Below are positions 25,928-33,547 of a stretch of DNA of 33,547 bases, piece by piece. Every line of letters starts with the position of its first letter. The first letter of the stretch is position 1. The notes below the pieces were generated by a model. The model was not told where the DNA came from. It did no database searches and saw nothing but the letters and a program-made list of their open reading frames with translations. Position numbers and translations under genes: made by a program. The stretch is taken from positions 2,988,175 through 3,021,721 of the forward strand of contig CP070646.1 in the NCBI GenBank assembly GCA_020354435.1, read 5' to 3'. Origin of the DNA: Gammaproteobacteria bacterium. GTDB taxonomy: Bacteria > Pseudomonadota > Gammaproteobacteria > GCA-001735895.

Positions 25928-26373
25928 CTATGCCATGCCCTTGATCGCGAGTATGACCTGTTGCGCAGGGTCTTCAGCAGGCTTAACTGTTGGTCGCTAA
26001 TGTGGATCGATTCGTCGCTGGCACTGTCCGGGTTACTGCCGCCGCCTCGCTGCACTCCTGCTGCAGTGAGCTTGTCAATCGCGCGCGCCTATTCGTACAG
26101 GTAGAAGCGCAGCGGCACCTTGCCCAGCTGCCGCAGCAACGCACAAAGAAACGCTTCTTCATGATTGGGTACATTGAGCGTGCGTGCCAGTGAATTTGTC
26201 AGCGAGCCGCTGAACAAAGCCTTCACCGCGTTTTCCTCTAACTGCGAAGCCTGTAGCTTGTTTTGCATGTGCTTGAACAGGATCAATCCGGTGGCGATGC
26301 TGCGCACCGGGTTGATGCCGAGCACCTGCTGTACTTCGAATCGATCGATTTTGCGGGGGAAACTGGTTGCCAC
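25928..26373 (-). pseudogene. Internally deleted remnant of a Ser/Thr kinase-HDOD signalling gene
   Basis: Kinase-like start KIDRFEVQQVLG joined to HDOD-like LG..PVRSIA...EEAFLCALLRQLGK; TAG at 26089-26091; after a frameshift ends LSLLKTLRN/QVILAIKGMA-TAG(25928-25930). Confidence 0.7.
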
Positions 26374-26435
26374 GTCAAACTTCAGGACAATGCTGTGTCG
26401 TTAAAGTATAGACGTCCGCCGTGAGTCTGCCGTTG

Positions 26436-26750
26436 TCAACAGGGTTCCTGTACCAGTACCCAGGGTTTCACCACGACCGCCCACAGCGTGGCGTCGGCTT
26501 CGATCCATTCGCGCGCCTGCGCATCGGCGACGGGGCCGATCTGCATCGAATCAGTCCATTTTTTAACCTGCTCGATATCGTCCTGCTCGAGCGCGTAGGC
26601 GACATCGACCAGGTCCAGTTCGGAATCGACCCGCATGACCTTGCCGGCGGCGAAGAAACGCTGTAGTTCCGACCATCCGATCCTGGCAGTCTCGCTGTTG
26701 ATCCTGGCGTGCTTGAGTTCGCGGTCCCGGCGCAGCAGTTCTTCGATCAC
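26436..26750 (-). CDS. DUF2288 family protein
   Basis: ETARIGWSELQRFFAAG, LDLVDVA, LWAVVVKPWVLVQE; 4-bp overlap with the oxyR stop. Confidence 0.82.
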   Translation of the reverse strand: MIEELLRRDRELKHARINSETARIGWSELQRFFAAGKVMRVDSELDLVDVAYALEQDDIEQVKKWTDSMQIGPVADAQAREWIEADATLWAVVVKPWVLVQEPC

Positions 26751-27676
26751 GCGACGGATTGAATGATGTCGACGCCGTCCAGCGGGCTGGTCTGGATGGT
26801 ATCGCGAATCGTAAAAATGGCTTCTTTGCGCGGGTAGTGCTTGCGCCAGGCTATCGCGACGGTGCGGCTGGGCGAGGGCTCGCTGAATGGTTTGATATCG
26901 ATCAGTGACTCGTTCTTCTGGCTTTGCGTGATACTGGTGCGCGGTAGCACGGTAATCCCGGTGCCGGCAGCCACCATGTGGCGGATGGTTTCCAGCGAGC
27001 CACCCTCGAGCGTGCGCGTCAATTCGCTATCGCCCGACATGCAGTCGGGGCAGGCTTCGATGACCTGGTCGCGGAAGCAGTGACCGGCGCCTAGCAGCAT
27101 CAGGTCCTGCGACGCCAGGTCCTCCGGCTTGATCTTGTCGCGCTGTTTCCATTCGTGATTACGCGGCAGGGCGACGACGAAAGGCTCGTCGTAAAGCGGC
27201 GCAGTTTCGATACCCGGCTCGTCGAACGGGTAGGAAATGATGATCGCATCGAGCGCGCCCTGTTTCAGCGACTGGAACAGGTTGGCGGTAAAATTTTCTT
27301 CGATGATCAGCTTCAGGTTAGGCGCGGTTTTGCGCAGTTTCGGAATCAGGCTCGGTAACAGGTAGGGGCCGATGGTGTAGATCACACCGAGCTTGAACTG
27401 GCCCGACAGCGGATCTTTGCCCTGCTGTGCGATCTCGGTCAGTATCTGCGCTTCCTGCAGTACGATATAGGCCTGGTTGATTATTTGCTGGCCGATTTCG
27501 GTGATACGGATTTCATTCTTGGAGCTGCGCTCGAACAGGCGAACGTCGAGTTCTTCCTCCAGTTTCTTTATCGCGATACTTAGGGTAGGCTGGCTCACGA
27601 AACAGGCCTGAGCCGCCTTGCCAAAATGGTTCTTTTGCGAGACTGCGACGATGTATCGAAGTTCGGTGAGTGTCAT
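26747..27676 (-). CDS. oxyR: Hydrogen peroxide-sensing regulator OxyR
   Basis: MTLTELRYIVAV, CFVSQPTLS, IYTIGPYLLP, GHCFRDQVIEAC (both redox cysteines), SLETIRHMVA. Confidence 0.93.
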   Translation of the reverse strand: MTLTELRYIVAVSQKNHFGKAAQACFVSQPTLSIAIKKLEEELDVRLFERSSKNEIRITEIGQQIINQAYIVLQEAQILTEIAQQGKDPLSGQFKLGVIYTIGPYLLPSLIPKLRKTAPNLKLIIEENFTANLFQSLKQGALDAIIISYPFDEPGIETAPLYDEPFVVALPRNHEWKQRDKIKPEDLASQDLMLLGAGHCFRDQVIEACPDCMSGDSELTRTLEGGSLETIRHMVAAGTGITVLPRTSITQSQKNESLIDIKPFSEPSPSRTVAIAWRKHYPRKEAIFTIRDTIQTSPLDGVDIIQSVA

Positions 27677-27677
27677 G

Positions 27678-27749
27678 ATAGTCAAAATTTATTAAATCAT
27701 TCGATAGATTTTGCATAAAACCTTCTTGCTTGCAATCAATAATTTCTAT
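27678..27749. promoter_or_regulatory. Putative OxyR/LysR binding sites in a short divergent promoter
   Basis: ATAG-N7-TTAT (27678-27692), ATAG (27704-27707), ATCA-N7-CTAT (27735-27749); AT-rich. Confidence 0.55.
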
Positions 27750-28218
27750 GAAAAAGATTTTGCTCAGATTTTTAACCATCGAGTCGTACGAGTCTGAACC
27801 CGTTGACCTGGAGCATGCGCTGCGGGTGGCAACCGCGGTTTTGCTGGTCGAGGTCACGCGCGCAGACTTTATCGTGCAGCCGGCCGAGCGGGCGCGGCTG
27901 CGGCAGTTGCTGGAAAGTCAGTTCGGATTGTCGTCAGCGGAGCTGGATGCGTTGATGACCCAGGCCGAGGCGGATGCCGACCGGCTGGTCTCGATCCAGC
28001 ACGTAACCCGCCTGTTGAATGAGCATTATGATCATGCGATGAAACTGCGTGTGGTCGAGATGATGTGGAATCTTGTCTACGCCGACGGCGAGAAGGATCA
28101 CTACGAGGAGCATTTGATCAGGCAGGTTGCCGAGCTGCTGTACCTGTCGCACAGCGAATTCATCCAGGCCCGTCACAAGGCCGAGGAATCAAAGGGGTCA
28201 GTGTCGATTGATCGCTAG
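27748..28218 (+). CDS. TerB-like (tellurite resistance B fold) protein
   Basis: ATAVLLVEVTRAD, MWNLVYADG, YEEHLIRQVAELL; ATG 27748. Confidence 0.85.
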   Translation: MKKILLRFLTIESYESEPVDLEHALRVATAVLLVEVTRADFIVQPAERARLRQLLESQFGLSSAELDALMTQAEADADRLVSIQHVTRLLNEHYDHAMKLRVVEMMWNLVYADGEKDHYEEHLIRQVAELLYLSHSEFIQARHKAEESKGSVSIDR

Positions 28219-28240
28219 CGATCAATCGACACTGACCCCT
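28193..28240. repeat. 48-bp perfect palindrome (REP-like element / possible bidirectional terminator)
   Basis: AGGGGTCAGTGTCGATTGATCGCT|AGCGATCAATCGACACTGACCCCT, 24-bp arms, no spacer, no mismatch. Confidence 0.92.
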
Positions 28241-28247
28241 GCGTTGG

Positions 28248-28850
28248 CTAGAAGTTCCCGAGGTAGATGATCGGCGGCACGAGCAGCATCTTGACCACCA
28301 GGATTAGCAGGATGGCAAACAACGGTGACAGGTCGAGGCCGCCGATCGGCGGCACGAATTTTCTTATCGGTTTGAGCGCCGGCTCGGCAAGCTTGTCTAC
28401 CAGGCCGATCACCGGGTTGTAGTGCCCGGGATTAACCCAGCTGAGTATCACCTTGATGATGACCGCGACCAGAAAAACTGTCAGCACTAATGCAATCAGG
28501 TCGGCGATGCAGAATATCAATAGCCCACCGTAGCTGACGCCGAGCGGTGCCATGACGCCGCCGATATGCACCGCTTTAATCGATAACGCTCGCAGCAACA
28601 AAAACTTGGTGAATATCAGCGCCAGGCACAATACGATGGATGAAGTGTCCTGGCCACCGACACTGGGGATGAACCGGCGCAGAATTTTAAGCGGTGGCGT
28701 GGTCAGCCTGACGATGAATTGTGAGACCGGATTGTAAAAATCGGCGCGTAACATCTGTAACAGGAATCGCAGTAGTACCAACAGGATGTACAGATCGAAC
28801 AGCGTGTTGATGATCAACATTAACGGAGATGTCAGATAGCCGGAACCCAT
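28248..28850 (-). CDS. yggT: YggT family membrane protein
   Basis: RADFYNPVSQFIV.LT.P, ILSWVNP, GGLDLSP; downstream of proC. Confidence 0.92.
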   Translation of the reverse strand: MGSGYLTSPLMLIINTLFDLYILLVLLRFLLQMLRADFYNPVSQFIVRLTTPPLKILRRFIPSVGGQDTSSIVLCLALIFTKFLLLRALSIKAVHIGGVMAPLGVSYGGLLIFCIADLIALVLTVFLVAVIIKVILSWVNPGHYNPVIGLVDKLAEPALKPIRKFVPPIGGLDLSPLFAILLILVVKMLLVPPIIYLGNF

Positions 28851-28853
28851 TGT

Positions 28854-29678
28854 TCAATCCTGTTCTGCGGTTAGTTCGTGAGCCAGTTCGCGCGCGCGCT
28901 TTTGCGCGGCTGCGGTGGCATCCGTCACCAGTTGTCCGAGCTGGTTATTCTGCATCGACAGAATGGCCTGCTCGGTGGTGCCCTTTTTCGAGGTTACCTG
29001 TGCCCGCAGCTTGATCACGTCTTCATCAAGCGCCATCGTGGCGGCGCCGAGCGCTGTCTGACGAGCGAGCCGTGCCGAGGTTTGCTGCTCGAGCCCCAGT
29101 TTTACGCCCGCCGCTTCGAGTAATTCGATAAAGTAAAAAAAGTAAGCGGGGCCACTGCCTGAAATCGCGGTCACCGCATCGAGATCGGTTTCGTTCTCGA
29201 CCCAGATGCAAATGCCCACTGCCTGCATTATTTCTTCCGCCAGTTGTTTCTGTTCGGCGCTCACCAGCGAATTGGCCCAGAGTCCGCTGGCGCCGAGTTG
29301 CAGCAGGGCGGGGGTATTGGGCATGCAGCGGACGATAGTCCTGCCGCCGCCCAGCCATCGATCGATTGCATCGGCGGGAACGCCGGCGGCGATACTGATA
29401 AACATCTGCCCGGGCCTCGACGGAATTTCCGCGAGCTGTTCGCAAACGATACGCATCACCTGCGGCTTGACCGCTAGCATGACGACGTCCGCCTGTCGCG
29501 CGCTGGCAAGCGAATCCTGCGAGGTATCGATTTCAAAACGATCTTGCAACTGTTGCAATTGTTCCGTTGAGATATCGCAGGCCGTTATCGCCGTGTGATC
29601 ATAGCGGTTGGATATCAGTCCACCGATCAGACTGGCTGCCATGTTGCCCGCGCCGATAAAACAGATTGTCTGGTTCAA
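28854..29678 (-). CDS. proC: Pyrroline-5-carboxylate reductase
   Basis: FIGAGNMA, LAVKPQ, RCMPNTP, TAISGSGPAYFF, VTSKKGTT. Confidence 0.96.
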   Translation of the reverse strand: MNQTICFIGAGNMAASLIGGLISNRYDHTAITACDISTEQLQQLQDRFEIDTSQDSLASARQADVVMLAVKPQVMRIVCEQLAEIPSRPGQMFISIAAGVPADAIDRWLGGGRTIVRCMPNTPALLQLGASGLWANSLVSAEQKQLAEEIMQAVGICIWVENETDLDAVTAISGSGPAYFFYFIELLEAAGVKLGLEQQTSARLARQTALGAATMALDEDVIKLRAQVTSKKGTTEQAILSMQNNQLGQLVTDATAAAQKRARELAHELTAEQD

Positions 29679-30358
29679 GTTCGCTCCCCGAAAATCGCGG
29701 TGCCTATTCGTACCAGGGTGGAGCCTTCGGCGATTGCCGCATCCATATCCTGGGTCATTCCCATCGACAAGGTATCACAGTCGATGCCCTGCTGTTTTAG
29801 CGTGGCCAGGGTTTCGGCCAGTTGCGCAAAGGCGAGACGCTGTTGGTCGAATGTCGGCCGCGGCGCGGGGATGGTCATCAATCCCCGCAGCCGGATGCCG
29901 GGCAGTTCGTGTATCGACGCCGCCAGTTCGACAACCGCGTCGAGTTCGATCCCGGCCTTGCTCTCCTCGTGATCGATATTGACCTGGATGCAGACGTTGA
30001 GCGGCGGCTTGCCGGCCGGTCGCTGTTCGCTCAGCCGGCGCGCAATCTTTACCCGATCGATGCAGTGTGCCCAGTCGAAGGCTTCGGCGATGCTGCGCGT
30101 TTTGTTGGATTGAATTGCACCGATGAAGTGCCAGCAGATATCGAGATCGCTGAGTTCCTGCATTTTTTGCAGGGCTTCCTGCAGGTAATTTTCGCCGAAA
30201 TGTTTCTGTCCCAGTTCATAGGCCACGCGGATATCGCTGGCCGGTTTTTGCTTGCTCACCGCGAGCAGTAAAATCGTTTTCGGATCACGCTGGCAGGCCT
30301 CGGCGGCCTGCGCTATTTGCGCGTGAATTCGATTTAGATTTTTTCCAATATTCTGCAT
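29675..30358 (-). CDS. yggS: PLP homeostasis protein YggS
   Basis: LAVSK, FGENYLQE, WHFIGAIQSNK, LSMGMT.D, VRIGTAIFG. Confidence 0.96.
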   Translation of the reverse strand: MQNIGKNLNRIHAQIAQAAEACQRDPKTILLLAVSKQKPASDIRVAYELGQKHFGENYLQEALQKMQELSDLDICWHFIGAIQSNKTRSIAEAFDWAHCIDRVKIARRLSEQRPAGKPPLNVCIQVNIDHEESKAGIELDAVVELAASIHELPGIRLRGLMTIPAPRPTFDQQRLAFAQLAETLATLKQQGIDCDTLSMGMTQDMDAAIAEGSTLVRIGTAIFGERT

Positions 30359-30487
30359 AGGTTTTGCTATAGTTTATTTGTTAACAAGGCTATAGCGAGC
30401 CACCGATTATAATCAGTTTGTTAGCAGTCGATAAGCAAAACCCGATAACAATCCTATAATACCCGTAAAACAACCTAGGCAATCTCA

Positions 30488-31522
30488 ATGGATATAGCTC
30501 AACTCCTTGCTTTTGGCGTCAAACAGGGCGCTTCGGATTTACACCTGTCGGCGGGTTTGCCGCCGATGATTCGAGTCGATGGTGATATCCGCCGCATCAA
30601 CGTGCCGGAGATGGATCACAAGCAGGTGCACGACATGATTTACGACATCATGAGTGACAAGCAACGCAAGGATTACGAAGAGTACCTCGAGACCGACTTT
30701 TCTTTCGAGATCCCGGGGCTGGCGCGTTTTCGCGTCAACGCCTTCAACCACAATCGCGGCGCCGGCGGCGTTTTCCGGACCATTCCGTCGAAGATTCTGA
30801 GTCTCGAGGATTTGAACGCGCCCAAAATCTTCCAGCAAATTTCCGAGTATCCGCGCGGCATCGTGCTGGTTACCGGGCCTACCGGATCGGGTAAGTCGAC
30901 CACGCTGGCAGGCATGATTGACTACAAGAACGACAGCGAGTACGGCCATATCCTGACGGTAGAGGATCCGATCGAATTCGTGCATGAAAGTAAAAAATGC
31001 CTGGTCAACCAGCGCGAGGTACACCGCGATACGCTCGGCTTCAACGAAGCGCTGCGCTCGGCGCTGCGCGAGGACCCCGACACCATTCTGGTTGGCGAGA
31101 TGCGCGATCTCGAAACCATACGTCTCGCCCTGTCCGCGGCCGAGACCGGCCACCTCGTGTTCGGCACGCTGCATACCAGTTCGGCGGCCAAGACCATCGA
31201 CCGTATCGTCGACGTATTCCCGGCAGCGGAAAAGGCCATGGTGCGTTCGATGCTGTCGGAATCGCTGAAGGCGGTCATATCGCAAACCCTGATGAAAAAA
31301 ATCGGTGGCGGTCGCATCGCCGCGCACGAAATCATGATCGGCACGCCGGCGATTCGTAACCTGATTCGCGAAGACAAGGTGGCGCAGATGTACTCGGCGA
31401 TACAGACCGGACAGAATGTCGGCATGCAGACGCTGGATCAGAACTTGAAAACTTTGCTGGCATCAGGCGTCGTTTCCAAGGACGAGGCCCAACGTAAAGC
31501 GGCCAATCCGGATGCGTTGTAA
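30488..31522 (+). CDS. pilT: Type IV pilus retraction ATPase PilT
   Basis: ASDLHLSAG, GPTGSGKSTT, LREDPD, TLHTSSA, AIRNLIRE motif; divergent from yggS. Confidence 0.97.
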   Translation: MDIAQLLAFGVKQGASDLHLSAGLPPMIRVDGDIRRINVPEMDHKQVHDMIYDIMSDKQRKDYEEYLETDFSFEIPGLARFRVNAFNHNRGAGGVFRTIPSKILSLEDLNAPKIFQQISEYPRGIVLVTGPTGSGKSTTLAGMIDYKNDSEYGHILTVEDPIEFVHESKKCLVNQREVHRDTLGFNEALRSALREDPDTILVGEMRDLETIRLALSAAETGHLVFGTLHTSSAAKTIDRIVDVFPAAEKAMVRSMLSESLKAVISQTLMKKIGGGRIAAHEIMIGTPAIRNLIREDKVAQMYSAIQTGQNVGMQTLDQNLKTLLASGVVSKDEAQRKAANPDAL

Positions 31523-31553
31523 TTTTGCGAATAAATCCTGGTAGGAGAATCTA

Positions 31554-32723
31554 GTGGATCGTAACAAGGCAATCAGTTTCATGCATGACCTGCTGCGCAT
31601 GATGGTGAGCAAGGATGGGTCGGACCTGTTCATTACCACGGGTTCACCGCCGGCGATGAAAATTGATGGCAAGGTCGTTACCGTTTCCAAGCAGAACCTG
31701 TCGCCCAACCACACGCAGATGCTGGCACGTTCGATCATGAACGACAAGCAGGTGTCAGAGTTCGAGGAAAAGCAGGAATGTAACTTTTCGATCGCGCTGC
31801 CCGGTGTAGCTCGCTTTCGTGTCAATGCTTTCGTGCAACGCGGTAGCTCGGGTATGGTGCTGCGGATTATTAACTCGGAAATTCCGAGTTTCGACGAACT
31901 GAACCTGCCGCCGATTTTGCAGGACATCGCGATGACCAAGCGTGGATTGGTTATTTTTGTCGGCGGCACCGGCTCGGGTAAATCGACCTCGCTGGCGTCG
32001 ATGGTGGATTACAGGAATCGCAATTCCTACGGCCATATCATCACTATCGAAGACCCGGTCGAATTCGTGCACGACCATCGCAATTGCCTGGTCACCCAGC
32101 GCGAGGTCGGGGTCGATACCGAGTCGTATGAAATCGCCTTGAAGAATACGCTGCGTCAGGCGCCCGACGTCATCCTGATCGGCGAGATCCGCGATCGCGA
32201 GACCATGGAGCACGCAATCGCGTTTGCCGAAACCGGGCACCTGTGCCTGTCGACGCTGCACGCCAACAGCACCAACCAGGCGCTGGACCGGATCATCAAC
32301 TTTTTCCCGGACGAGCGCCGACAGCAGTTGCTGATGGACTTGTCGCTGAACCTGAAGGGGATGGTGTCGCAGCGCCTGATTCCGAAGATCGACGGCGCCG
32401 GCCGAATTCCCGCGATCGAGGTCATGTTGAACACGCCGCTGATGGCCGACCTGATTTTCAAGGGCGACGTGCATGAGATGAAGTCTCTGATCGCAAAGTC
32501 CAACGAGGCCGGCATGAAGACTTTCGACCAGGCCCTGTTCGATCTCTACGAAGATCAGAGGATTACTTTCGAAGACGCGTTGCGTAATGCTGATTCGGTT
32601 AACGATATTCGTCTGCGTATCAAGCTCGAGAGCGACACCGCGCGTAAAACAGGCGTGGTCGAGGATCATCGCGACTTCGAACTCGAAGATTCAGATGAAG
32701 AAGCCGCCAGCGGTATGATTTAG
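31554..32723 (+). CDS. pilU: Type IV pilus ATPase PilU
   Basis: GSDLFIT, GGTGSGKSTS, LRQAPDVILIGE, LHANSTNQALDRIINFF, LLMDLSLNL. Confidence 0.95.
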   Translation: MDRNKAISFMHDLLRMMVSKDGSDLFITTGSPPAMKIDGKVVTVSKQNLSPNHTQMLARSIMNDKQVSEFEEKQECNFSIALPGVARFRVNAFVQRGSSGMVLRIINSEIPSFDELNLPPILQDIAMTKRGLVIFVGGTGSGKSTSLASMVDYRNRNSYGHIITIEDPVEFVHDHRNCLVTQREVGVDTESYEIALKNTLRQAPDVILIGEIRDRETMEHAIAFAETGHLCLSTLHANSTNQALDRIINFFPDERRQQLLMDLSLNLKGMVSQRLIPKIDGAGRIPAIEVMLNTPLMADLIFKGDVHEMKSLIAKSNEAGMKTFDQALFDLYEDQRITFEDALRNADSVNDIRLRIKLESDTARKTGVVEDHRDFELEDSDEEAASGMI

Positions 32724-32737
32724 GCAGGAGAGGTAGT

Positions 32738-33547
32738 ATGCCCCGCGAACCCACCACGAAGCTGCTCGAACCTTATCTCAAAATCATGGTTGAGAAGCAG
32801 GCTTCGGACCTGTATTTCGTTACCGGTGCGCCGCCTAACATGAAAACCCAGGGCAATACCGCCGCGATCGCGAAGAACCCCTTCCAGAGCGGGCAGGTCA
32901 TGAAGCTGGCCTATAGCCTGCTCAACGACGAGCAGGTACGCGACTTCGAAATCAACCGCGAGCTGAACCTCGGTTTTACGCTGAACGATGTCGGCCGTTT
33001 CCGCGTCAATATTTTCATCCAGCGTTCCGAAGTTTCGATGGTCATTCGCTACATCAAGTGGGACATTCCTACCATCGACGAGCTCGGCCTGCCGCAGGTG
33101 CTGAAGGAAGTCGTCATGAACCAGACCGGCCTGGTGCTGGTGGTAGGCTCTACCGGTTCGGGTAAATCGACCTCGCTGGCAGCGATGCTCGATCATCGCA
33201 ATAATACTGTTGGCGGTCATATGCTGACGATTGAGGATCCGATCGAATTCGTCTTTCGTCACAAGAAGTCGATTGTATCCCAGCGCGAAGTCGGTATCGA
33301 CACGCTGAGCTACGCCAATGCATTGCGCGAGGCGCTGCGTGAAGCGCCGGAAGTGATCATGATCGGTGAGGCGCGCGATGCCGAAACCATGAAGGCGGCG
33401 ATTAACTTTGCCGATACCGGCCACCTGTGTCTGACGACGCTGCACGCGGTTAACTCGAACCAGGCGATGGACCGGATCATGAATATGTTCTCGCACGACA
33501 TGCGTGAACAGTTGTTGATGGACCTGTCGCTCAACCTGAAGGCGGTT
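32738..33547 (+). CDS. Second PilU-like ATPase (runs off window end)
   Basis: ATG 32738 after AGGAG; ASDLYF, GRFRVNIF, GSTGSGKSTS, IEDPIEF, LREAPEVIMIGE, LLMDLSLNLKAV; open to the end. Not in ORF track. Confidence 0.93.
   Translation, partial: MPREPTTKLLEPYLKIMVEKQASDLYFVTGAPPNMKTQGNTAAIAKNPFQSGQVMKLAYSLLNDEQVRDFEINRELNLGFTLNDVGRFRVNIFIQRSEVSMVIRYIKWDIPTIDELGLPQVLKEVVMNQTGLVLVVGSTGSGKSTSLAAMLDHRNNTVGGHMLTIEDPIEFVFRHKKSIVSQREVGIDTLSYANALREALREAPEVIMIGEARDAETMKAAINFADTGHLCLTTLHAVNSNQAMDRIMNMFSHDMREQLLMDLSLNLKAV

Noticed and set aside
25852-26055. 68-aa N-terminal extension of glutaredoxin in the ORF track
   Set aside because: In-frame read-in from the upstream pseudogene; ATG 25851 has its own RBS and gives a normal-sized Grx.
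27748-28218. Tellurite resistance or anti-phage ter operon
   Set aside because: Stand-alone TerB-like gene with no other ter genes.
30366-30414. Short palindromes (GCTATAG...CTATAGC, TTGTTAACAA, GATTATAATC) in the yggS/pilT promoter
   Set aside because: Short and plausible by chance in an AT-rich divergent promoter; no regulator can be assigned.

Overview
GC-rich chromosomal window from a likely gammaproteobacterium (inferred from the fadE-fadD, tmcA, cysB, oxyR and yggS-proC-yggT/pilT-pilU gene set); no rRNA, tRNA, CRISPR or intact mobile element was seen. In order: (1) an amine/polyamine catabolism locus with two tandem histamine/trimethylamine-dehydrogenase-type flavoproteins, agmatinase, a PuuA-like glutamylase, GntR and a class I glutamine amidotransferase, with repeated GTGATCAC operator-like sites; (2) fadE-fadD and housekeeping genes (tmcA, yihY, xthA, msrA); (3) a secreted rhodanese broken by one in-frame TAG, coupled to a HAMP-PAS-GGDEF-EAL sensor; (4) cysB, preceded by a tightly coupled operon of glutaredoxin, DUF1820-like, GT2 glycosyltransferase, nucleosidase-like, spore-photoproduct-lyase-like radical SAM and SDR genes, which is the best candidate for an undescribed pathway; (5) oxyR/TerB-like, a 48-bp perfect palindrome, yggT-proC-yggS and three PilT/PilU ATPases. 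Two eroded signalling genes (an EAL tail and a kinase-HDOD remnant) lie in apparent intergenic space. All family calls come from motif recognition, not database searches.
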